Source: Actinomycetota bacterium
Lineage (GTDB): Bacteria > Actinomycetota > Thermoleophilia > Solirubrobacterales > Solirubrobacteraceae
Direction: 5' to 3'
DNA: 64,000 bases
NCBI GenBank assembly: GCA_016781085.1
Contig: JADDQZ010000035.1
Span: 10,253-74,252, forward strand
Part shown: piece by piece, positions 25,641-33,935 of the stretch
How the letters are laid out: each line of letters starts with the position of its first letter
How positions within the stretch are numbered: the first letter of the stretch is position 1
Position numbers and translations under genes: made by a program
The notes under the pieces: generated by a model
Told to the model about the DNA's origin: nothing
What the model saw: only the letters and a program-made list of their open reading frames with translations
Database searches by the model: none

Positions 25641-27815
25641 TCAGGGCGAGTCGAGAGCGGCCCGGCCGCTCAGGCCGCGAAGCTGCCGTGATGGGGGGGT
25701 ATGGTCGTCGGCGCGCAAGCTCGCGCGCTCGACATGCCAGCGCAGCATCTCCAGCTGGACGTCGCGCGCGTCCCCGTCCGGACGGCGGCGTTGCCAGGAG
25801 CCGTCTTCGTGCAGATCCCACGCGTTCGTGTTGTCGGCGAAACAGCGGTCGAGGGTGTCGGCGAGCTCGGCGCGCAGCTCGGGATCCTCGATCGGCGTCA
25901 ACAGCTCTACGCGAGTGTCGAGATTGCGCGGCATCAAGTCGGCGGAACCGATGTAGACGTGCGGGTCATCCGCTCGCTCGAAGGAGAAAATCCGCGAGTG
26001 CTCGAGGAAGCGCCCGACGATCGACACCACGCGGATGTTCTCAGAAACACCAGGAACTCCTGGGCGCAGGCAGCAGGCGCCGCGGACGTTGAGATCGACG
26101 CGCACGCCCGCTTGCGAAGCGCGATAGAGCGCTCCAATGCAACGCGCGTCGACCAGCGCGTTCATCTTCAAGCGGATGCGAGCGGGGCGCTCCGGAGAAT
26201 GCGCCGCGATGGTGCGCTCGATCTCTTCGAGCACCGAGTCTCGGAGGTGATCCGGCGCAACCAGCACCCTGCGGAAGTTGGTCATCCGCGCGAAGCCGGT
26301 CAAGTAGTTGAACATCTCCGCGATGTCTGCGCCAAGGTCTTCGGCGCAACTCATCAGCCCGAAGTCGGTGTAGAGCCGCGCCGTCTTGGCGTTGTAGTTC
26401 CCCGTCCCGATGTGGACGTAGTTGCGGACGCCGTCGCCTTCCTTGCGCACCACCAGGACGCATTTGGCGTGCGTCTTGAGCTGGGGAAGGCCGTAGACGA
26501 CGTGCACACCGGCTTCCTCGAGCGTCCGGGCCCACTGCACGTTGGCTTGTTCGTCGAAGCGTGCCTTGAGCTCCACCAGGCAGACCGCCTGCTTGCCCCG
26601 CTCGGCAGCGCGGATCAGGCTCGGCACGAGCGGTGAGTCGTCGTTGGTCCGGTAGACGGTGAGCTTGATTGCGAGCACGTCGGGATCGGACACCGCCTGC
26701 TCGACGAGCCGCTCCACCGACGTGGAAAAGGAGTCATAGGGGTGATGCATGAGCAGGTCGCCGCGACTGACCGCTCCGATGACGTCGGGCTTGTCGCCTT
26801 CTTCGGGCTGCAAGCGCGGTTGGGTGACCGGCGACCAGGGCGGATCGCGTAGCTCGGCGTAGCCGGGCAGCTTCACGATCTCCCATAGGTCCGTGGCGTC
26901 GAGCAGGCCAGAGATCGTGAAGACGTCGCCATGCTCGACGTCGAGGGCTTCGGCGATCAGCTCGCGCAACCGCTGACTCATGCGCGAAGACACTTCGACG
27001 CGCACGACTTCGCCGAAGCGCCGGCGCCGTAGCTCCGTTTCGACGGCTTTGAGTAGGTCGTCGGCTTCGTCGGAGACCGTGAAGTCGGCATCTCGCGTAA
27101 CGCGGAACATGGCGTAGTCGATGACTTCCATGCCGGAGAACAGCCGATCGAGGTTTTCGGCCATCAAATCTTCGAGGGCGACAAACGTATGGTCGTCGCC
27201 CGCCGTGACAAATCGCGGCAAGCCCTCCTTGGGAACCTTCACGCGAGCAAATGACTCCGCGCCGGTGAGCGGGTCGCGCACGAGCGCGCACAACGACAAG
27301 GACAAATTCGAGATGTAGGGAAACGGCCGCCCCGGACCCACCGCGAGCGGCGTCAACACCGGAAAGATCCGGCGGTTGAAGTGCTCGTTGAGCTGAGCGC
27401 GTCGCTCAGGATCGAGTTCGTCGAGCTTGACGACGCGGATGCCGTTGGAGGCGAGCGCCGGCAACAGCCGCTCCTCGAGGCAGCGGCTTTGACGGCCGGT
27501 CTGCTCGCCCACCATCCGCCGGATCTCGTGGATCGTCTCTTGCGGGCTACGGCCATCTTGCAGCGGGCTGTTGACTCCGGCCTCGACTTGGTCCTGCAGG
27601 CCCGCGACCCGGACCATGTAGAACTCGTCGAGGTTGGAGGAATAGATCGCGCAGAACTTCAGGCGCTCGAGCACCGGGACGGAGTCGTCTTCAGCCAGCG
27701 CGAGAACGCGCGAGTTGAACTCCAGCCACGACAGCTCGCGGTTGAAGAACAGGCTGGCGTCGTCGAGGGCAAGCGGTTCCGTTGATGCGGGAGAGTTCAC
27801 CACGACGTCGGTCAT
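25641..27815 (-). CDS. ppk: Polyphosphate kinase 1
   Basis: 724 aa. N-terminal FFNRELSWLEFNSRVL, two PLD-like HKD-type domains (...LKTHAKCVLVVR...). The ATG forms an ATGA overlap with the upstream CHAD gene. Confidence 0.96.
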   Translation of the reverse strand: MTDVVVNSPASTEPLALDDASLFFNRELSWLEFNSRVLALAEDDSVPVLERLKFCAIYSSNLDEFYMVRVAGLQDQVEAGVNSPLQDGRSPQETIHEIRRMVGEQTGRQSRCLEERLLPALASNGIRVVKLDELDPERRAQLNEHFNRRIFPVLTPLAVGPGRPFPYISNLSLSLCALVRDPLTGAESFARVKVPKEGLPRFVTAGDDHTFVALEDLMAENLDRLFSGMEVIDYAMFRVTRDADFTVSDEADDLLKAVETELRRRRFGEVVRVEVSSRMSQRLRELIAEALDVEHGDVFTISGLLDATDLWEIVKLPGYAELRDPPWSPVTQPRLQPEEGDKPDVIGAVSRGDLLMHHPYDSFSTSVERLVEQAVSDPDVLAIKLTVYRTNDDSPLVPSLIRAAERGKQAVCLVELKARFDEQANVQWARTLEEAGVHVVYGLPQLKTHAKCVLVVRKEGDGVRNYVHIGTGNYNAKTARLYTDFGLMSCAEDLGADIAEMFNYLTGFARMTNFRRVLVAPDHLRDSVLEEIERTIAAHSPERPARIRLKMNALVDARCIGALYRASQAGVRVDLNVRGACCLRPGVPGVSENIRVVSIVGRFLEHSRIFSFERADDPHVYIGSADLMPRNLDTRVELLTPIEDPELRAELADTLDRCFADNTNAWDLHEDGSWQRRRPDGDARDVQLEMLRWHVERASLRADDHTPPSRQLRGLSGRAALDSP

Positions 27816-28561
27816 ACGGCGCCTCCTTCAGCGTTGGCCCGAATGGTGCCGTCAGCTACCGGCGAGCCGCCGTCTCCTGCCACCGCGCCGTGGCCATCCC
27901 CGGGAGAGCCGCTGTCGGCTGCCAGCGCGCCGCCGTCTCCGATCGGCGAGCCGCTTTCACCCGCGCTTGCCACGCCGCGGCCTGAAGCCGAGCTGTCGCC
28001 GTCTGTTTCGCGCGCCGGACGCTCACCGATTGCGAACTCGAGCCGGGCGGCGAAACCCTCCCGCTCGAGCTCAATCCAGGAGCGCTCGAAGCGGGCGAAG
28101 AGGACGCGCCGACGAGCGCGGGTGTGCACCAGCAGCGCGGCCACGCCCCCGTAGGCCTTGCCGTGGCGGGCCACCCTCAGAGCCTCGGGACGTAGATCTT
28201 CGAGTCCTTCGCCCGCCAGCGCCAGGGCCAGCGCGTCTTCAGAGATCAAGTCGTCGAGATGATCTTGCAGGCGCTCGGCTCCGACGTCGCAATCGTGGAT
28301 GTCGCCCAGCAAATCTTGTAGCTCCTTGATGCGCTTGACCGCGGCGCCCGCGTAGGGCCCGAAGCAAGGGTGAGCGACTTCGAGGATGTAGCGCAGGCGC
28401 TTGGCAGCGATGCGCATGTCGTGGAGGACGGTGACGTTGTTGGCATCCGCGGCCGCCGGCATGAAGCTGAGCAGCTCGATCGTCCGCGTGCGCACGACGC
28501 GCTCGAAATTGTCGGCGACAGACGCGCGCGGGTCCAGGCCCTTGACTTTGCGCGCCTTCAT
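27812..28561 (-). CDS. CHAD-domain protein (half-size CHAD unit) with a Gly/Asp/Ser/Pro repeat tail
   Basis: 249 aa. LHDMRIAAKRLRYILEV...LQDLLGDIHDCDV. The C-terminal ~59 aa carry three imperfect repeats containing GSP (GESGSPIGDGGALAA / DSGSPGDGHGAVAG / DGGSPVADG). Confidence 0.8.
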   Translation of the reverse strand: MKARKVKGLDPRASVADNFERVVRTRTIELLSFMPAAADANNVTVLHDMRIAAKRLRYILEVAHPCFGPYAGAAVKRIKELQDLLGDIHDCDVGAERLQDHLDDLISEDALALALAGEGLEDLRPEALRVARHGKAYGGVAALLVHTRARRRVLFARFERSWIELEREGFAARLEFAIGERPARETDGDSSASGRGVASAGESGSPIGDGGALAADSGSPGDGHGAVAGDGGSPVADGTIRANAEGGAV

Positions 28562-29040
28562 GCCGGGTCCTCGACGGCCGCGTCGGCCAGCTCGTCGAGC
28601 CGCTGCGCCAGCAGCGAGCGCTCTGCTTGCTCGAGCGCTCGCCGTAGCAAGTCGTTACCAGCGGCCTGCTGACGCCGCACGCGGTCCATGACCGTTTGAA
28701 TTCCCGGGCGGTGCGCGGGATCGATGTCGGCGCGAACCGCCTCCAGCGCGGCCAGCTGCACGTCGGGATCCCGGCGCTCGCCGAGGGCGTCGGCAAGACC
28801 CTTGACGTCACGCAGGACTTCCTTGTAGGCCCGCGCGGGAAAGCAGACGGCGAACAACTCCAGAACTGCTCGCAGGCGGCGGGTGGCTACGCGCATGGCG
28901 TGGACGCGCTCGATGTCGCTGGCGTCGAGGACGCCCTCGGAGTGCTCGAAGACCTCGCGGGCGCGCACCCGGACGATGTGGGCGGCTGCCGCGGCGAACT
29001 CCTCGTTCGCATCAATGTCGATTTCTTGCGCTTTGGCCAT
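28558..29040 (-). CDS. CHAD-domain protein (half-size CHAD unit)
   Basis: 160 aa. VHAMRVATRRLRAVLELF...LADALGERRDPDV. ATGA overlap with the next CHAD gene. Confidence 0.8.
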   Translation of the reverse strand: MAKAQEIDIDANEEFAAAAAHIVRVRAREVFEHSEGVLDASDIERVHAMRVATRRLRAVLELFAVCFPARAYKEVLRDVKGLADALGERRDPDVQLAALEAVRADIDPAHRPGIQTVMDRVRRQQAAGNDLLRRALEQAERSLLAQRLDELADAAVEDPA

Positions 29041-29055
29041 CTGCTGTGAAACTAC

Positions 29056-29120
29056 CCCGCGCGCGGCGAACCTAGCGGTTTCCGAGTCCCGCGCGCGGCC
29101 AACCTAGCGGTTCGGAGTCC
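29056..29120. repeat. Tandem direct repeat (32 + 31 nt) in the ppx-CHAD intergenic spacer
   Basis: cccgcgcgcggcGaacctagcggttTcCgagt / cccgcgcgcggcCaacctagcggtt-cGgagt. Each unit carries AACCTAGCGGTT (AACC/GGTT arms) and a CTAG tetranucleotide. Confidence 0.9.
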
Positions 29121-29196
29121 GGGGAGCCCGCAGGTGCAGACAACCACGGATCGGTCGTGATGCGAGCGATGACTGGGCCGGCGATTCCAAGCGGCT

Positions 29197-30069
29197 TCAA
29201 ATTGCGGCGATCTGGAGGCAGACCCCTTCGCGGACGCCGCCCTCGCCGATTCGCAAAGGACAGCCGACGCGCATGGCGGCCGCTTCGAGCACGACAAGCC
29301 CCGCCGGTAGCAGCAGCACCCTTTGCGGGTCGAGATCAAAACGGCGGGCCACTTCCGCGGCGGAGTGCTCGCAGAGCTTGGCCAGTGCCACCCGCATGCT
29401 CTGGACGTCGAGCACAGGGCCAACAAGCCGGCACAGCGATGTGGCGCTGCCGCCGACGGCTATCGCCTGCTCGGCTTCCGGCGCGCGCAAGCCATCGAAG
29501 ACGCGCTCAGCGTGTGCGCGCATCTCCACGAGCTCGTGCTCGGAAACCGGGTCGCAACGGCAATGCGTGTCGGCCAGCGCGCTCGATCCAATGGGCAGCG
29601 ATACCGACCACTCCATGCCGTCGGCGACCGTGCCCACCGCGACTTCCGAAGAGCCGCCACCGACGTCTACGACGGCGATCTTCGTGTCGGGCGGGTCACG
29701 AAGCGTCTTGCTGGCCCCGAGAAAGGCGAGCCGCGCCTCTTGCTCGCCGTCCAATACGTCGGGGCGAACGCCGGTGGCTCGTTCGAGCAGATCAAGGACG
29801 TCGTCACGGTTGGCGGCCGCCCGCATCGCCGCGGTGCCGATGACGCGCGGCGATCGCGCACCCAATCCGTGCGCTTCGGCGAGGTACTCGGAAACGATGG
29901 CAACCACTTCCGCGGCCTTGGTCGCGCCGATCTGACCGTCGCGTCGGATCTCGCTGCCAAGGCGAGTGAACGTCCGGCGCTGCGCCAATGCAGCCAGACG
30001 GCCGTCATGTACGTCGGCAACGAGCAGCCGCGTCGTGTTGGAGCCGATGTCGATGCAAGCGCAGACCAT
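29197..30069 (-). CDS. ppx: Ppx/GppA-family phosphatase (exopolyphosphatase, short form)
   Basis: 290 aa. ACIDIGSNTTRLLV...GTAAMRAAAN...DVGGGSSE actin-like ATPase motifs. No C-terminal HD domain. Confidence 0.88.
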   Translation of the reverse strand: MVCACIDIGSNTTRLLVADVHDGRLAALAQRRTFTRLGSEIRRDGQIGATKAAEVVAIVSEYLAEAHGLGARSPRVIGTAAMRAAANRDDVLDLLERATGVRPDVLDGEQEARLAFLGASKTLRDPPDTKIAVVDVGGGSSEVAVGTVADGMEWSVSLPIGSSALADTHCRCDPVSEHELVEMRAHAERVFDGLRAPEAEQAIAVGGSATSLCRLVGPVLDVQSMRVALAKLCEHSAAEVARRFDLDPQRVLLLPAGLVVLEAAAMRVGCPLRIGEGGVREGVCLQIAAI

Positions 30070-30090
30070 AGGACAGCGAGCAATGTTGCC

Positions 30091-30969
30091 ATGATGGGGG
30101 TGGTGGCATCCGGCCGTGCGGTCATAGAAGTGGCGGACTTACGGAAGTCCTACGGGCCGCACGAGGCGGTCCGCGGCCTGTCGTTCACGGTTTCTCGCGG
30201 CGAGGTCTACGGGTTGCTAGGCCCGAACGGAGCAGGCAAGACGACGACCGTGGAAATCCTCGAGGGTCACCGGCGGCGCACGTCGGGCCACGTGCAAGTG
30301 CTCGGATCCGATCCCGGAAAGCGCGCGCCGGAGCTGCTAGCGCGCATCGGAATCGTGCTGCAGCAGTGCGGGCTCTACCCGCACTTGACCGTGACTGAAG
30401 CCGTTTCTCACTGGGCTGGTTTGCATGCCGCGCCGCGTGACGTCGACGAGGTCATTGCGCTGGTCGGGCTCACCGACGCGCGTGAACAGCGCTCGGGGAC
30501 CCTGTCGGGCGGTCAGAGCCGGCGGCTCGACCTCGCGCTGGCGCTTGTCGGTGATCCTGAAGTGCTGTTCTTGGATGAGCCGACCACCGGCTTCGATCCC
30601 GCCGCGCGGCGCGCAGCGTGGGCGACGATCCGAGATCTGCGTGCCCTGGGCAAGACCGTTTTGCTGACCACTCACTACCTGGACGAGGCGCAAGCGCTCG
30701 CCGACCGCGTCGCAATCATCAAGGACGGTCGGCTGGTCGCGGAGGGCGCTCCCGCCGAGCTGGGCGCAGGAGCCGCTAGTTACCGCGTCGCCTACCGGCT
30801 GGAAGGCACCCACTACGAGCAAGAAACCGAGGACCCCACCGAGCTTCTTCACCGGGTGACCGCCGAAGCCCTCAGCCGCGGTCAGCGGTTGGATGGACTG
30901 AGCGTCACGCGTCCCACGCTTGAAGACGTCTACCTCGGTTTGACCACGGAAGAAGCGGTGCCGGCGTGA
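30091..30969 (+). CDS. ABC transporter ATP-binding protein (DrrA/ABC-2 type)
   Basis: ATG at 30091 within track ORF 29323..30969. GPNGAGKTT, LSGGQSRRL and LFLDEPTTGFD motifs. Possible later GTG starts exist. Confidence 0.88.
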   Translation: MMGVVASGRAVIEVADLRKSYGPHEAVRGLSFTVSRGEVYGLLGPNGAGKTTTVEILEGHRRRTSGHVQVLGSDPGKRAPELLARIGIVLQQCGLYPHLTVTEAVSHWAGLHAAPRDVDEVIALVGLTDAREQRSGTLSGGQSRRLDLALALVGDPEVLFLDEPTTGFDPAARRAAWATIRDLRALGKTVLLTTHYLDEAQALADRVAIIKDGRLVAEGAPAELGAGAASYRVAYRLEGTHYEQETEDPTELLHRVTAEALSRGQRLDGLSVTRPTLEDVYLGLTTEEAVPA

Positions 30970-31009
30970 GCAAGCGGATGGCGCTGCGGACAGGTTGGGC
31001 GGTGCGGCC

Positions 31010-31807
31010 ATGAGCGAGCAGGCCTTGGAGCGTCCGCACGCAGAGGTGTCGCGCGCCGTGGTCAGCAAGCGACCGTCTTGGTGGCTTGTGACTTGGCGTC
31101 AATACCGCCTGGAGCGCCAGATGTTCTGGCGCAACCCGACGGCGGCGTTCTTCAACGCCGGGCTTCCGCTCCTCTTCCTCGCCCTCTTCGGCGCGGTCTT
31201 CGCCGGAAACCGCGAGCAACTCGAGATCCTGATCCCAGGAATCGCCGGCATGAGCGTGATGACGACGACGTTCAATGCCCTCGCCCACAACGTCGTGTCG
31301 CTGCGCGAGCGCGGCATCCTCAAGCGAATGCGCGGCACGCCGCTACCGCCGTCGGCTTACCTCGCCGCCTTGGGTGCGCACTCCCTGACGAACACCGTCA
31401 TCCAAGTGCTGGTCGTCTCGGCCGCGGGCAAATTCATCTTCGGCCTGCCTTGGCCGCGCGATTGGGTGACGCTGGCTGTGTTCGTCGGTGCAGGAGCCTT
31501 CTGCTTTGCGGCGTTAGGCGTGGCGCTCGCGCATCTGATTCCGAATGTGGAGTCCGCGCCGGCGTGGGTCAACGCAATCTTCCTGCCGGTTGTCGGCGTA
31601 TCGGGTGTCTTCTACGACGAGGCGCGCGCGCCGGCCGTCGTGTCCGACGTCGCCCAAGTCCTGCCCCTCACCCACCTGGTCGACGGGTTGTCGGCGGCCA
31701 TGGTGGGCACAGGCGGGCTGGCGCAGCACTGGGGCGCGCTTCTGGTCGTGCTCGCGTGGGGCGTGCTCGCCGCCGTTCCGGCGGTCCGTGGCTTCCGCTG
31801 GGAGTAA
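31010..31807 (+). CDS. ABC-2 type transporter permease
   Basis: About 265 aa with six hydrophobic segments, directly downstream of the ATPase. Start is ATG 31010 (or TTG 30995). Confidence 0.8.
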   Translation: MSEQALERPHAEVSRAVVSKRPSWWLVTWRQYRLERQMFWRNPTAAFFNAGLPLLFLALFGAVFAGNREQLEILIPGIAGMSVMTTTFNALAHNVVSLRERGILKRMRGTPLPPSAYLAALGAHSLTNTVIQVLVVSAAGKFIFGLPWPRDWVTLAVFVGAGAFCFAALGVALAHLIPNVESAPAWVNAIFLPVVGVSGVFYDEARAPAVVSDVAQVLPLTHLVDGLSAAMVGTGGLAQHWGALLVVLAWGVLAAVPAVRGFRWE

Positions 31808-31881
31808 GGCCGAGCGGACCCCGCACCAATGTGTGCCGGAACGGCTAAGCGGAGCGCGATGAAGGCCTAGGCAGATGCAGC

Positions 31882-31913
31882 GGTACGCGACAGACCTCGC
31901 GGGCGCGCGTACC
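31882..31913. terminator. Hairpin between convergent genes (8-bp stem GGTACGCG/CGCGTACC, 16-nt loop)
   Basis: Lies in the 121-nt spacer between the ABC-2 permease and the EamA gene. No U-tract. Confidence 0.25.
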
Positions 31914-31928
31914 AGGTGAGCGCTGACC

Positions 31929-32813
31929 CTACGGCTGCGACGCCTGCGCGCGCAGCAGCGGCAGCAACTCAACCACGAGGATGGCGGTAAGGATCATCAG
32001 CGCGCCGATCCAGCTCAACAGCGACAAGCGGTCGCCTTGCAGCGTTACGGCGAACAAGCCAGCGAACGCGGGCTCTGAAGCGAGGATCAGCGCTGTGCGT
32101 GCCGGCGGCGCATGGCGCTGGGCGTAGCTCTGCACCCAGAATCCTGCTGCGCTGGCGAGCACGGCCGTGACCAACAATGCGCTCCACACCGTCGCTCCGC
32201 GGGGAAACTCGAAATGGCCGGTGAAGATGGCCCCCAGCAGGCAGACAAGGCCGCACGCTCCTAGCTGCACTACCAATAATCCTCCGACGGGGTAATGACG
32301 TACGCCGGCGTCGGTGGCGAGGATATGCGCCGCAAAGGCGACGGCACACCCGAGCGCCAGCGCGTCTCCCAGTGGATGCCAGTTCGAGCCGACTCCGGCT
32401 AAGAGCGCGAGCCCGACAGCGGAGACGACGGCGCCGGTCCACGTCGCTCTGTCGACGGCGCGATGCAGCAGCGCCGCCGCGAGCATCGGTGTGAGAATCA
32501 CGAAAAGGCCGGTGATGAAGCCGGCATTGGCGGCGGTCGTGTGCAGCAGCGCGACGGTCTGTAGGACGTAGCCCGCGGTGAGAAACAGTGCCATCAAGAG
32601 CCCGGCACGCCAACCCGCCGCCCCGAGCGCCTTCACCTCGCGACGAAACGGCACCGCCACGATCGCCGCAGCCGCCAGGAAGCGGTAGGCGAGAAACGAC
32701 AGCACCGGCAGCACCGCCACCGCGTCTTGCACCATCACGAACGTCGCGCCCCACACTGCCGCGACGCCGACAAGGGCGATCTGCGCGACCGTGGATCGCG
32801 ATAGGCGCACCAC
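31929..32813 (-). CDS. EamA/DMT-family transporter
   Basis: About 10 TM helices in two EamA halves. I prefer GTG 32813 (VVRLSRSTVAQIALVGVAAVWGATF...), because the longer ORF would overlap the divergent gene. Confidence 0.75.
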   Translation of the reverse strand: MVRLSRSTVAQIALVGVAAVWGATFVMVQDAVAVLPVLSFLAYRFLAAAAIVAVPFRREVKALGAAGWRAGLLMALFLTAGYVLQTVALLHTTAANAGFITGLFVILTPMLAAALLHRAVDRATWTGAVVSAVGLALLAGVGSNWHPLGDALALGCAVAFAAHILATDAGVRHYPVGGLLVVQLGACGLVCLLGAIFTGHFEFPRGATVWSALLVTAVLASAAGFWVQSYAQRHAPPARTALILASEPAFAGLFAVTLQGDRLSLLSWIGALMILTAILVVELLPLLRAQASQP

Positions 32814-32865
32814 GAGAGATTGGGCTACGGCCGCCGGATTGACAAGTCCCCTAGTCTCCGCCCGC

Positions 32866-33849
32866 GTGCCACTTACCGAGGTCGACCCCGGCTCCTGGGA
32901 CGATCTGCTCGACCGTCTGGGACTTACCGACACGTACTACTCGGGCGGGTACCTCGAAGCCTCGGCTCAGCTGGCCAACGGAGAACCGGTCTTTCTCCAT
33001 CTTAAGAGCGAGCGGGGCCACCTCGTGTTTCCCTGCATCGTCAGATCGGATCCCGCCGACGTGGTCACGCCGTACGGATACGGCGGTCCGGTCGCCCTCG
33101 GGGCAGATCCGCACGCCTTCGGCGAGGCATACGCAGCATGGTGCCGCTCGCGCGGGATCGTCTCCACCTTCGCGGTCTTTCAGCCGCTCCTCGGCAACGA
33201 GGCCGTGGCCCGCGAAGCCGGCTTTCACGTCAGCCGACTCGGCCCTACCATCGCTTGGCGCCTTGGCGGGCGTGACTTGTTCGAAGGGATGCACAAGCAC
33301 CACCGCCGACTCGCACGCAGAGCAGCGCAAGAGGGCTACGAGGCAACCGTCTCGGTGCAACCCGGCGACTTGAGCGAATTCGTAGGCCTCTATGAGCAGA
33401 CGATGCGCCGCGCCGGGGCATCGTCGTTCTACCTGTTTGCCTCCTCCTATTGGAAGGCGCTGGCTGCCCGCGTCTCGCTTGTGCGCGTCGATGTCCGCCA
33501 CGAAGGAAGCTTGGGGGCGAGTGTGCTGGGCTTTGGGCGCGCACCCTGGCTGCACTACCACCTAGGAGCCAACAGCGACGAAGGAAGACGCGCTGGCGCG
33601 AGCCAGCTCGCGCTCCTGACCCTCGCGCGTTGGGGTCAAGAGAACGGCTTCGCCAGTCTTCATCTCGGCGGCGGCGTCGGCGCCGCCGAAGACTCGCTCT
33701 TCACCTTCAAGCAGCGCTTCGACCCCGATGGAGCGGTGGACTGCTTCATCGGCAAGGCAGTTCACGACCCCGATGCCTACCGGCGCCTCAGCGGTACCGC
33801 AGCCGTCGACTGGAAGAACTTCTTCCCCGCCTACCGCGCCGCGCGTTGA
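32866..33849 (+). CDS. FemAB-like/GNAT acyltransferase (BioF2-like acetyltransferase-domain family)
   Basis: GTG at 32866 (VPLTEVDPGSWDDLLDRL...). ...FYLFASSYWKAL...YHLGANSDEGRRAGASQLALLTLARWGQENGFASLHLGGG matches the Fem-type fold pattern. Confidence 0.6.
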   Translation: MPLTEVDPGSWDDLLDRLGLTDTYYSGGYLEASAQLANGEPVFLHLKSERGHLVFPCIVRSDPADVVTPYGYGGPVALGADPHAFGEAYAAWCRSRGIVSTFAVFQPLLGNEAVAREAGFHVSRLGPTIAWRLGGRDLFEGMHKHHRRLARRAAQEGYEATVSVQPGDLSEFVGLYEQTMRRAGASSFYLFASSYWKALAARVSLVRVDVRHEGSLGASVLGFGRAPWLHYHLGANSDEGRRAGASQLALLTLARWGQENGFASLHLGGGVGAAEDSLFTFKQRFDPDGAVDCFIGKAVHDPDAYRRLSGTAAVDWKNFFPAYRAAR

Positions 33850-33935
33850 GCTCCGTTGAAGGACCCCCTGCCGGCATGTTCGCGCGATGGGGCGCTGAGC
33901 GGGAGTCCAGTGGCAAAGGGCGGCAACTGGGCCGG

